Below are positions 40,434 through 49,175 of a DNA stretch of 64,000 bases, piece by piece (positions within the stretch are counted from its first letter, which is position 1; each line of letters starts with the position of its first letter). The stretch comes from a virus (Duplodnaviria > Heunggongvirae > Uroviricota > Caudoviricetes): the IMG/VR virus record IMGVR_UViG_3300026382_000001; one strand, written 5' to 3'. The position numbers and the translations under genes were made by a program. The notes beneath the pieces were generated by a model. It did not search any database, was not told the DNA's origin, and saw only the letters and a program-made list of their open reading frames with translations.

Positions 40434-42422
40434 TTAATAATTATAAAATAAATAATTATTTATATTTGATAGTTTCGTCTTTTTTAAATAAATATAATCT
40501 TCTAATGGAGTAATACTACTATTTCCAAAATGTCCATATATTTCTTTATCTATATCAATCTGTTTAGTAATTCCCAAATTTCTTTCTAATTTCCAAATAT
40601 AACTTTTAATATGGTCGTCTGTAGATATATCTTGTAAAAAATTATATTTATTATCAAGTACTGTAAATTTATCTGTTGTATTATTGGTATCGGTATTTTG
40701 TTTATTAATAATAATATTGGGTTTTTTTATTCTGGTATTTAATCGATATTCATCCTTATTAATAATATCCAATAAAATACTTACTATATTTTTATAAAAT
40801 ATATTTTTATCGGTTAGATCTTTCATTATCGTAATTGTATGATCATGTTTCGTTAAGTATCTTGGAGAATTAAAATCGGAATAAATAGTAGTATTTATTT
40901 TATTACATGGTAAATATCTTGTATCCATAAAACAACTTTTTAAATTCATATATGTATTACTTTCTACAAAGACCGCTTCAAATTTATCTTTGATAATTAC
41001 TTTAGCACTAGATGCTGAAATATAATCCATATTTCCTGGCATAAAATAATTTACAAATAATTTAAATACTGGAGTAAAGAAGTAATTAATAAATATATTA
41101 GAATTTAATATATTTTGAAAAATACCATTGATCGATAATTCTACGAATTCATTACCGTCAGAAATATTATTTAAAACATTAATATATAAATTCATAATAA
41201 AATTTATATAATCAGTTTTAGTTACTTCTACAATCTCTTCTGGTAAAAGATTTTCAATTTGAATTGAACTATATAAACCTGGATCACTTTCAAAAGAATC
41301 AAATAAAGCTTTAAATTTTGGATATTTTTTTATCATAAAATTATCTAGATCCTGAAAATTTTTAAATACTTTATTATCATTATAATTACTTTGTAAAAGA
41401 AATTGCCATCTTCTTGACAAATCTTTTACTTTTTTTGGATCCCGTCCTTCTAAGTTTTTATATTCAATTAAAAGAATTTCTATAGTATCTAACATATTTT
41501 CATCGAATATTAAAGAGGACGATACCGGAGATGAAAGTTTATAATCAATTTCATATAATTCTTCCGTCCAGGACGAATCTAATTTCATTCTACCAATTTG
41601 AGAATATCTTATAAACCTAGTATTAAAATATTGTAGAATAATATCTAAATCTCTAACTTGTAAATCATTTAACATATTTAAAAAGATATCATCCTCAAAA
41701 TTAATAATAGTTTCTTGATGTTTAGTCATTGTAAAAGCAATGGCTCCGTTAATAAAATATTTATCAGAATGTAATAAATAACTAGAATCTATAAAATCAA
41801 TATATAAAAGATTTGTATCCATTGGGAATACTTTAAATTTTTCAAATTGTTCTAATTTCATTAAGTACTTACCAGTCAGATCTATTTTAAAATTTGGAAA
41901 ATATTTAAGTAATTCTGGTTTTGATATAATAATAGGTTTAAGAAAATAACTAAGTATATATTTTCTTTTGGCACTTGCTGGATCTAATGGATCCAATTCT
42001 CCAGGAGGTATAGCAACACCATTTAATTTATAAGGTAATTTATTTACAGAGATTCCATAATAATTTATATCTTTAAAAAAGTCTATAAAAAGTTCAGAAA
42101 TAATTTTTAAATTATCTATAGATCCTTTTTGTTGAAAAAGAATTTCTAGATAATAAATAAGTTTTCTTTTAATAATCGGATTAAGTTTTTCATAGTACTC
42201 TGGAAGAATACCGTAATTAAGAAAGGTACTTTGTAAAATTTTTTCATTTGGATTATTTCTAAAATTTTCCAGAATTTCTTCTGGTTCGTTTATATACACA
42301 TCTTCCATTAAATTGGAAAATATATTTTTAAATTCGGAATTTGTATTTAAATCCTTTAATTGTGGGACATTCATTAATAAGTCTAACCCAGAACTTATAT
42401 CTCCCTTTGTAATTTCAATCAT
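40434..42422 (-). CDS. baseplate wedge-like protein
   Basis: LFQQKGSIDNL resembles the wedge KGT motif; position in operon. Confidence 0.5.
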   Translation of the reverse strand: MIEITKGDISSGLDLLMNVPQLKDLNTNSEFKNIFSNLMEDVYINEPEEILENFRNNPNEKILQSTFLNYGILPEYYEKLNPIIKRKLIYYLEILFQQKGSIDNLKIISELFIDFFKDINYYGISVNKLPYKLNGVAIPPGELDPLDPASAKRKYILSYFLKPIIISKPELLKYFPNFKIDLTGKYLMKLEQFEKFKVFPMDTNLLYIDFIDSSYLLHSDKYFINGAIAFTMTKHQETIINFEDDIFLNMLNDLQVRDLDIILQYFNTRFIRYSQIGRMKLDSSWTEELYEIDYKLSSPVSSSLIFDENMLDTIEILLIEYKNLEGRDPKKVKDLSRRWQFLLQSNYNDNKVFKNFQDLDNFMIKKYPKFKALFDSFESDPGLYSSIQIENLLPEEIVEVTKTDYINFIMNLYINVLNNISDGNEFVELSINGIFQNILNSNIFINYFFTPVFKLFVNYFMPGNMDYISASSAKVIIKDKFEAVFVESNTYMNLKSCFMDTRYLPCNKINTTIYSDFNSPRYLTKHDHTITIMKDLTDKNIFYKNIVSILLDIINKDEYRLNTRIKKPNIIINKQNTDTNNTTDKFTVLDNKYNFLQDISTDDHIKSYIWKLERNLGITKQIDIDKEIYGHFGNSSITPLEDYIYLKKTKLSNINNYLFYNY

Positions 42423-42441
42423 TTATTTTCCTTTTAATTTG

Positions 42442-44244
42442 CTAGTTAACATCTGGATTATATATATCTCGGTATTGAACCCCATACTGAAATGATAAAG
42501 CTATTGGTAATCCTAAATCCCCAATAGGAAGAACTATGTTATTTATATAATCTATAATAATACCTTTATTATTCCAATAAAAATTCCCACTTGTATCAGT
42601 ACTTTCTGATAAAGTACTTGGAATAACATCGGGATTAATAATACAATTAAAAATATTATAATACTTAACTCCAGTTATTTTAGAAGAATTTACAAAACGA
42701 TTTCTTTCGGTTTCTAAATCTTCCGGAAATTTAATATATTCTTTATCGCAGTATGCTAATTCATATATCGTATTTAAATAATTAAAAAGCATTAAATAAA
42801 TATCAAAATTATTTTGAATAATTATTTGTACTTTATTTAAAGATAATATTTCTTCTTGATAACCAGATAAAATTGGATCATTATTAATAATATATTTAGG
42901 TAATGTCATAATATAATTTAAATTATCTATTATTACAAATTCATTACTTCTTAAATCTTTATCTATAAATCCAATAATATTCTCAGTTTGATATTTATTA
43001 ACGATTTCTAAAAATATTTCTTCCTTGGTTAAAGGATTTAGAAATCTTTCTAAATCTTCTGGAATAATATAATTATTTAACTTAGAGTATAAAATACTAT
43101 CATGACAATCTTTATATAGAAAATAATAAAACAGATATAAATATAAAGTATTTTTTATTAAAAATGTACTGTTCCCTTCTAAGGTAAATAACCTTTTTAA
43201 ATTAATAAGTACTTTATCATCTTGGGTTAAATTTTGTATTTGCTCATCTGTTAATAAATTAATATTAATTGGAGCGGTTTGTTCATCTAGTACTACCGGT
43301 TTTAATAACAATTCCTGAAAATTATTATCGTCGGATAAACCAAGAAATTCTTCAATACTTAAATTGGTACTAATGTTTTTTACTGGTTTTAATCTAGATT
43401 GATTATAAGTACTATCTTGAATTCTTTTAATAAGATTGTTGAAAATTAAAGGTACTTTTTTATCTATAAATGGAGAACCAGCTTTATTTATATTTAAAGT
43501 ATTAAATTCATAATACGCTTTATCTTTATTGTAATTTTTATTTATTAATTTAAATTTATCATTATCGTTTGATATAATTTGATAATTATCCCAACATTTG
43601 GAACTTGTAAAATTATTTTGAAGATTATCATAAAAGAATATTTCATTTATACTAAACTTTTTAAGATTTTCATATAATATATTTGCTGTTTTAAATTCCA
43701 GTTGATAAATTGGTAAAATATCATTACTAGTTCTTTGCATTTGAATACTGGTAACTTGAAAAATTTCCGTTTGGTCTACAACATTATTACCGTACTTATC
43801 TCGTTTAGCATAATAAGTAAATAAATCTCCAACCTTTGGTCTATCAATAGTCATAAGAGACATACTTCCAGAGATACCATCATTATTATCACTATTTGGA
43901 GAGTACTGAAAAGGACTCATTTCGATTACTGGAGTAAATTCGAAAATATCATAAGTAAAGTTTTCAAATTTATCAAACATACCTGTACCATGTATAGCCG
44001 AAGTATTACTAGCAGTATAATCTTGTTGATTAATATCATCATCTCCCGAAGTAGGAACGTTTTGTGGAAAAAGTACATCTACTTGATCAATATTATTACT
44101 AAGAGCTAAATTAATACTAAAATATTTAATTACTAATTCGGGATTATTTGAATAAAGTAAAGAATTCTTTTTTATCTGTTGAAGTTGTTCTTGATATAAA
44201 CCGTACTGATAATCGTTTTGATTAGTTCTATTTAATTTAAACAT
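42442..44244 (-). CDS. neck/head-completion-like protein (gp14-like N-terminus)
   Basis: VIKYFSIN..FEFTPV..PKVGDLF..IFQVT pattern. Confidence 0.5.
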   Translation of the reverse strand: MFKLNRTNQNDYQYGLYQEQLQQIKKNSLLYSNNPELVIKYFSINLALSNNIDQVDVLFPQNVPTSGDDDINQQDYTASNTSAIHGTGMFDKFENFTYDIFEFTPVIEMSPFQYSPNSDNNDGISGSMSLMTIDRPKVGDLFTYYAKRDKYGNNVVDQTEIFQVTSIQMQRTSNDILPIYQLEFKTANILYENLKKFSINEIFFYDNLQNNFTSSKCWDNYQIISNDNDKFKLINKNYNKDKAYYEFNTLNINKAGSPFIDKKVPLIFNNLIKRIQDSTYNQSRLKPVKNISTNLSIEEFLGLSDDNNFQELLLKPVVLDEQTAPININLLTDEQIQNLTQDDKVLINLKRLFTLEGNSTFLIKNTLYLYLFYYFLYKDCHDSILYSKLNNYIIPEDLERFLNPLTKEEIFLEIVNKYQTENIIGFIDKDLRSNEFVIIDNLNYIMTLPKYIINNDPILSGYQEEILSLNKVQIIIQNNFDIYLMLFNYLNTIYELAYCDKEYIKFPEDLETERNRFVNSSKITGVKYYNIFNCIINPDVIPSTLSESTDTSGNFYWNNKGIIIDYINNIVLPIGDLGLPIALSFQYGVQYRDIYNPDVN

Positions 44245-44245
44245 A

Positions 44246-45067
44246 TCAATCCTTCACTATGACATTAAATATATTTATATCACCATTAATATCTAAATTA
44301 ATTACAATTTCTATTCCATAGTGACTTATTATATTTATTCTAACATCTTTTAATGTAACTAAGTCTGTATAATTTTTTGAAAAATCTTCAAAAAATAAAA
44401 CAATATTATTTCTAACATTATTTAATTTAACTATTATATTTTTTTCTTGAATTAATTCTTTTAACGAATTTCCATAACCTGGAGCAAATGGAATAGTATT
44501 TCCAGTCGTTCTAATCCAATTATTAAATATATTTATTACAAAATTAATATCTTCTGGTACTTTATTATAATGATGCATATTTAAATCAACATCTGTTAAA
44601 TTTTCAGAATATTGAATATATTTTTGGGAATCCTCTGTACTACTATATCGGGAATAAAAATAATAAGTAATTAAAAGTAAAAGAAAACCATCCGATATAA
44701 ATTCCATCAAATATAATTGAGTTTCCGAATCTTGTTCGTAATAATAATTTGGGTTTAATTTAGATATTTCGTAATTTAAATTTTCTTGTATTTCATATTT
44801 CTCGAAAAAAGTTTTAAAATTTAAATATTGATTCTCTCCAATCCAAGATATATATCCATAATAATTAAAAAATATTTTTCCTATATCTAATTTCACCTGA
44901 TCAGGGAATTCATCGAATACCAATTTATTATTATTTAAATAAGAAACATTTACATACTTCTTTAATTCCGGCATATTTATTAAATCAATAGTAGTGATTA
45001 TAAATTGCCCATCTAATTCGGATTTAAAATATTTTTTATCTATAGATAAATAGGGATTCGTAGCCAT
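44246..45067 (-). CDS. baseplate wedge protein with C-terminal gp25-like domain
   Basis: GNTIPFAPGYGNSL motif. Confidence 0.6.
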   Translation of the reverse strand: MATNPYLSIDKKYFKSELDGQFIITTIDLINMPELKKYVNVSYLNNNKLVFDEFPDQVKLDIGKIFFNYYGYISWIGENQYLNFKTFFEKYEIQENLNYEISKLNPNYYYEQDSETQLYLMEFISDGFLLLLITYYFYSRYSSTEDSQKYIQYSENLTDVDLNMHHYNKVPEDINFVINIFNNWIRTTGNTIPFAPGYGNSLKELIQEKNIIVKLNNVRNNIVLFFEDFSKNYTDLVTLKDVRINIISHYGIEIVINLDINGDINIFNVIVKD

Positions 45068-45126
45068 AAATTTCCTTTACTTTTATTTTAATTCTTTGTT
45101 AATCTTATATAAACTGTCCTATATTT

Positions 45127-45165
45127 AACGACAGGAAAAAAATATCCCCGAGGGGATATTTTTTT
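45127..45165 (-). terminator. intrinsic terminator with TTTCCTGTCG tail
   Basis: ATATCCC/GGGATAT stem, after the gp51-like gene. Confidence 0.85.
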
Positions 45166-45186
45166 TGTTGTTTAAACTTTAATTAA

Positions 45187-45363
45187 TTATCTACCTTGAG
45201 ATTGTTTTAATTGTTGTTTCGTTTTACGATCAAATTCTTTTTCACACAGTACATAAATTTCCTCAATCATAAATAATGGCATATTCATTAATTCATCATA
45301 TGAAAAAGGTATATCCGTAGTACTACTAAAAATAATATAATTTTCTAAATTCTTTGACCACAT
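45187..45363 (-). CDS. baseplate hub assembly catalyst (T4 gp51-like), 58 aa, absent from ORF track
   Basis: My translation: MWSKNLENYIIFSSTTDIPFSYDELMNMPLFMIEEIYVLCEKEFDRKTKQQLKQSQGR; follows the gp26-like gene as in T4. Confidence 0.7.
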   Translation of the reverse strand: MWSKNLENYIIFSSTTDIPFSYDELMNMPLFMIEEIYVLCEKEFDRKTKQQLKQSQGR

Positions 45364-45373
45364 TTCCCTTCTA

Positions 45374-46294
45374 TCATACCTCTGCGAGGAGTAGAAGGGA
45401 TTTACGAAAAAATGAGGTTTCGATATTTACAGGAATCTTATTTAACTTATGGCATCTAGTACATTTACATTCCTGATAAAGATTTGGCATGTATTTATCA
45501 AAAATAGTTAAATCTATTTCTTGTAATACCATATCTTTAATTTTTAATGGAAGGTTTTGTAAAAATGGAAGAATTTCTTTTTCAAGATCTTCTAGAACTT
45601 CATCATCCCCGTTTTCATCAGGAACCACAATACTAGCAGTTAAAAATGAAATAGTTTCAATAATACCAAAGATACCATTACTTTCTTCCATATTCTGTTC
45701 TATCTTTCCTTCGAGAAAATCCATTAATTTTAATCTGTCTTCTTCGGTTGGAAGCTTTAAGTTAAATATTAAACCACCACCAAGAAGTGTTTGAGTATTA
45801 ATATATTCAAATGGACTTTGTTTTCCTTTTGTAAGATCCCAAGGAGCAGGTACGCTATCATCATGCCATAATTCTTCCGTATTTATATCTACTGGAAATT
45901 TTTCTTCACAATGTTCACATACGTGACCAACTGTCCCAAGAGTACTAAAAGTACTTAATGACAATGCGTAAATAATTAATGATTTATCTTGAGGGGTCAA
46001 ATACTTAAGAAAATCTTCATATGATTTAATTTTACTTTTTGGTCCAAATTCACATTTCTCATAAAGTAATTTATTAAAATTTTTAATAAATGTATTCAAT
46101 GTTACATTTTGAGTTTTTAAAGCTTGTTCCTCATGTCCAGTTACAGGACTAACAGAAACTTTTTCTTTAAGTATTACCAAATCAGTTTCTTGTTTATTAA
46201 TATTATTGACTGCATTAATTTTATTTAACGCTTTCATATAATTTGGTAAATTATCTTGTTCTTCTTTTGTTAAAATGACTTCTTCTTTTGCCAT
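45374..46294 (-). CDS. baseplate hub assembly chaperone (T4 gp26-like)
   Basis: Two Zn-finger-like motifs, CEHC and CTRCHKLNKIPV; ends SFFR. Confidence 0.75.
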   Translation of the reverse strand: MAKEEVILTKEEQDNLPNYMKALNKINAVNNINKQETDLVILKEKVSVSPVTGHEEQALKTQNVTLNTFIKNFNKLLYEKCEFGPKSKIKSYEDFLKYLTPQDKSLIIYALSLSTFSTLGTVGHVCEHCEEKFPVDINTEELWHDDSVPAPWDLTKGKQSPFEYINTQTLLGGGLIFNLKLPTEEDRLKLMDFLEGKIEQNMEESNGIFGIIETISFLTASIVVPDENGDDEVLEDLEKEILPFLQNLPLKIKDMVLQEIDLTIFDKYMPNLYQECKCTRCHKLNKIPVNIETSFFRKSLLLLAEV

Positions 46295-46323
46295 AAATAT
46301 TCCTTTAAATTTATTTTAGTAAT

Positions 46324-46659
46324 TTAATACTTTGGAGGATAATCGTAATTATTTCCAACTTCTTTATTATTCTTTTTCATTTGATTATGTATTACATGAC
46401 CAATTCCAGCACCAGCGGCACCTATTACACCACCACCAATAATACTAGCGGGAAGTCCATCACCATCATTAAGCATGTTAGTTAGCATAGCTCCACCACC
46501 CAATAGTCCTCCAGTGAGCATACCACCGTTAGAAAGTATTTTATCTCTAGTAGTATTAAGATCGGTGTTTTTAACAGTATCTGTAACTTTTCCAATAGTT
46601 TTACCAACCATATCAAATACTTCAGTTAATATAACTTCTTTATTTATTTTAAGATTCAA
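46324..46659 (-). CDS. small glycine-zipper protein with shared N-terminal peptide (internal head protein?)
   Basis: TTG start after GGAGG; NLKINKEVILTE; GGMLTGGLLGGG and GGGVIGAAGAGIG helices. Confidence 0.6.
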   Translation of the reverse strand: MNLKINKEVILTEVFDMVGKTIGKVTDTVKNTDLNTTRDKILSNGGMLTGGLLGGGAMLTNMLNDGDGLPASIIGGGVIGAAGAGIGHVIHNQMKKNNKEVGNNYDYPPKY

Positions 46660-46700
46660 AACAATCCTCCAAAATTTTTATTCATATGGATTGGTTATCT

Positions 46701-46967
46701 TTACTTTTTAAGGTCTTTTGTAAATACTCCAATATGCATTTTATACATAGCTCCAATACCTAACACTAATCCAGTATTAACCATAATCATTCCTAATAAA
46801 TCTCCATGTAAATATGAATTAGTACTCCAACATAAATCAGCCAATACATAAGTCCAAGAACTATAATAAATCTTTCCTAAGAACATAAATAAAGCACCAA
46901 GTATTAAAAGTAACCCACCAATAGTAATTATATTACAAGTAATATAATTTAAAAATAATTCTATCAT
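46701..46967 (-). CDS. small membrane protein (PnuC-like fragment?)
   Basis: Three hydrophobic segments; overlaps the stop of the upstream P-loop gene. Confidence 0.5.
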   Translation of the reverse strand: MIELFLNYITCNIITIGGLLLILGALFMFLGKIYYSSWTYVLADLCWSTNSYLHGDLLGMIMVNTGLVLGIGAMYKMHIGVFTKDLKK

Positions 46968-47551
46968 TTTAAAAACTTTTTTACTTTTTTAAAACAGTAT
47001 TTATTAATACTATTTGAATAGGTGCTATTTATTTTTTTATAAGATATTTTATTATTCTTTAGTAAATTTTTAATCATAAAATTTATATTGGATGATTCTA
47101 ATTTAGTTTCATTTCTACCAACCGGATTATAAGATATATTCGAATTATCTAAAAATATATTTATATTTTTAAATATAAAATCTTTATTTAATTCTGGTAA
47201 AAATTTAGAAAATACTATATCTTTTAAAGATTTATCAAAAATACCAGTATTGAATTCATAAAAAGCTAATCCAATTATAATTGGACTATCCATTATTAAA
47301 ATTCCCTTTTCCCCAATACTATCCCAGTAATCAATCACTTTAAATATTTCTTGGTATTGAGAAGCACTTATAAAAAATTGATTATTAATAGCTCTTGATC
47401 TAGAATAAGTTAAATCTTTTGCTACTTCGGGAGCTAGTTCACAATTATAACCATTCTTTTTAAAATAATTAAATAAGCCAGCGGCTACCGTACTTTTTCC
47501 AGAACCTGGTCCAGCAAATAAATTAATTATTATATGTTTTTTTAATTCCAA
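46964..47551 (-). CDS. P-loop nucleotide kinase/ATPase (AAA_28/NadR-like)
   Basis: IINLFAGPGSGKST Walker A; PEVAKDL; IMDSP. Confidence 0.75.
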   Translation of the reverse strand: MELKKHIIINLFAGPGSGKSTVAAGLFNYFKKNGYNCELAPEVAKDLTYSRSRAINNQFFISASQYQEIFKVIDYWDSIGEKGILIMDSPIIIGLAFYEFNTGIFDKSLKDIVFSKFLPELNKDFIFKNINIFLDNSNISYNPVGRNETKLESSNINFMIKNLLKNNKISYKKINSTYSNSINKYCFKKVKKFLK

Positions 47552-47579
47552 AATTTCTCCTTATTTAGGATTAATTAGA

Positions 47580-47588
47580 ATATCTATA
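47580..47588 (-). promoter_or_regulatory. second promoter class TATAGATAT
   Basis: 29 bp upstream of the P-loop kinase start. Confidence 0.45.
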
Positions 47589-47605
47589 TAGCTATTAAGA
47601 TAATA

Positions 47606-47693
47606 TGAGTTAACTATTCATAGTATGTGGTACTGATAGTAATATAGTTATCTATCAACTAATGGTACCAATAGTTAACTATTAATAGTTATT
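47606..47693. repeat. palindromic intergenic repeat cluster F
   Basis: 47620-47655 is 34/36 identical to the reverse complement of 536-571. Confidence 0.9.
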
Positions 47694-47694
47694 C

Positions 47695-47773
47695 GCTAAT
47701 TAATAATATAGTATTTATTAACTACTAATATCATTATAAAAACGAGTTAATAAATACTATATTATTAATTAGC
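47695..47773. repeat. perfect 29-bp inverted repeat with 21-nt loop
   Basis: gctaattaataatatagtatttattaact / agttaataaatactatattattaattagc. Confidence 0.95.
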
Positions 47774-47800
47774 AGAATAGATTAAGATTATCCTAAAATT

Positions 47801-47862
47801 AACGACATGAGGTGGGATACTAAGAAAGTACTTAAAGAGTAAAAGTACTAAAATAGTATCCC
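47801..47862 (-). terminator. long hairpin with variant CTCATGTCG tail (end of tRNA transcript?)
   Basis: GGGATACTA/TAGTATCCC outer stem; inner AGTACT pair. Confidence 0.5.
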
Positions 47863-48015
47863 GAAAGAGTGTGAGTTTTTTCGCGCGAATTTAATCAAAG
47901 GTTAAAAATGTTATATGAGTCTATATTTATTTAAAGGAGGCGACTCAATTACAAACAAAACATCTAAAAGCATAAGACATTTAATGGATAAAGGAATAAC
48001 AGTTTTTAAAGAAAG

Positions 48016-48097
48016 GGGAAACATTTGGAGTTGCACCAAATTATTAAAGAAGTGAGAGAGTCTTCTTCAACGTCTTACTAATATAAACGATATTTCC
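48016..48097 (-). ncRNA. tRNA-like RNA with 9-bp anticodon arm
   Basis: GGAAATA/TGTTTCC acceptor, GTTT/AGAC D-stem, TTGAAGAAG/CTTCTTTAA long arm, TTTGG-TGCAACT-CCAAA T-arm. Confidence 0.6.
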
Positions 48098-48104
48098 ATA
48101 ATTT

Positions 48105-48265
48105 AACATGCCTACTCCCAAGAATTTTAATTTCCTCTAACTTCGTGCTTTATTTCTAAAGGCGTGTTATAGTAGGCTTCTTGGTTTCGTTGGTTTTTCC
48201 TCAGATACCCTACTGCGGTCTTACGGATTTTTAAGTCTCCCGAAGTTACATAAAAGTAAGACTAT
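48105..48265 (-). ncRNA. candidate structured ncRNA between tRNA-Ile and the tRNA-like element
   Basis: Three 7-bp complementary pairs, a GAAA-capped hairpin and cUUCGg; no credible ORF. Confidence 0.4.
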
Positions 48266-48288
48266 TGGTGCCTAAAAATAGACATATT

Positions 48289-48365
48289 TGGTTGTCCTTA
48301 CTAGACTTGAACTAGTGACTCCATCCTTATCAGGGATGTACTCTAACCAACTGAGCTAAAGGACA
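48289..48365 (-). tRNA. tRNA-Ile (GAT)
   Basis: Full cloverleaf; CATCC-CTGATAA-GGATG; encoded CCA. Confidence 0.95.
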
Positions 48366-48374
48366 ATAATTAAT

Positions 48375-48450
48375 TGGTGCCGACAAGAAGATTTGAACTC
48401 CTGGCATCTTCATTACAAGTGAAGTGCTCTACCATCTGAGCTATGTCGGC
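48375..48450 (-). tRNA. tRNA-Thr (TGT)
   Basis: CTTCA-CTTGTAA-TGAAG; encoded CCA. Confidence 0.95.
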
Positions 48451-48462
48451 AAATGTTTATAA

Positions 48463-48537
48463 TGGTGACCTCACAGAGAATTGAACTCTGGTAACCAGAA
48501 TGAAAATCTGGGATCCTAACCACTAGACGATGAGGCC
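48463..48537 (-). tRNA. tRNA-Glu (TTC)
   Basis: CCAGA-TTTTCAT-TCTGG; encoded CCA. Confidence 0.95.
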
Positions 48538-48557
48538 ATTTTATAATTTTGAAAATG

Positions 48558-48632
48558 TGGCTCCGGATACTGGATTCGAACCAGTGACCAAGTGATTAAC
48601 AGTCACCTACTCTACCGCTGAGCTAATCCGGA
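48558..48632 (-). tRNA. tRNA-Asn (GTT)
   Basis: Loop CTGTTAA; G73; encoded CCA. Confidence 0.95.
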
Positions 48633-48708
48633 ATGTTTGAATCAAAGAATTTCTCCTATGATTATATTAAGGATATCTATACTTTTATTAATAGATATTT
48701 CTTAAATA

Positions 48709-48783
48709 TGGAAGAGGTAGAGGGATTCGAACCCCCGAATATCTGCCCCAAAAACAGATGCCTTACCGCTTGGCGATACCTCT
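48709..48783 (-). tRNA. tRNA-Gln (TTG)
   Basis: TCTGT-TTTTGGG-GCAGA; Gln-type D-arm GCCAAGCGGTAAGGC; encoded CCA. Confidence 0.9.
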
Positions 48784-48801
48784 AAATTATATGGTGTTAT
48801 A

Positions 48802-48877
48802 TGGTGGGCTGAGTAGAATTCGAATCTACGACCACTCCGTTATGAGCGGAGGACTCTAACCACTGAGTTACCAGCCC
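48802..48877 (-). tRNA. tRNA with CAT anticodon (elongator Met or Ile2)
   Basis: CTCCG-CTCATAA-CGGAG; paired 1-72, so not an initiator; encoded CCA. Confidence 0.9.
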
Positions 48878-48881
48878 ATAG

Positions 48882-49169
48882 TATCCTAAAATATCAGCTT
48901 AGTACAAAACCAAGGATTTAATTAATCCAAAAATAATTCTAAGATTTAATATTATTTATTCTTTAGTTATTAAAATTTAATACTTAAAATTTATTATTTA
49001 TTTTTTAAAATTTAGTTTTTAATCGTTAATCGTTTAGATCAGTCTTATTAAGACAACGTATTTTTATACGATCATGTTCTCCAAATTTTATTAAAATTTA
49101 AAATAATTTAATTTAGTGGTTATGGACCACTGGCCAAATTAAATTAAGGTTTTTCGATATTTTAGGATA
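48882..49169 (-). other. 288-nt non-coding segment closed by a 14-bp inverted repeat (tRNA leader or ncRNA)
   Basis: tatcctaaaatatc at 48882-48895 and gatattttaggata at 49156-49169, plus internal hairpins. Confidence 0.45.
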
Positions 49170-49175
49170 GTTTAT

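Noticed and set aside
47916-48056. 46-codon plus-strand ORF (MSLYLFKGG...)
   Set aside because: No SD, and antisense to the tRNA-like element and the tRNA transcript direction
48180-48205. Hammerhead ribozyme (CTGAGGA...CGAAAC on the minus strand)
   Set aside because: No pairable stem II between the core motifs and no correctly placed NUH after stem III
48016-48290. tmRNA, RNase P, group I intron or tRNA-Sec
   Set aside because: No Ala-ending tag frame or G3-U70 pair, no GAGGAAAGUCC, P7 elements in the wrong order, and no TCA anticodon with a long variable arm
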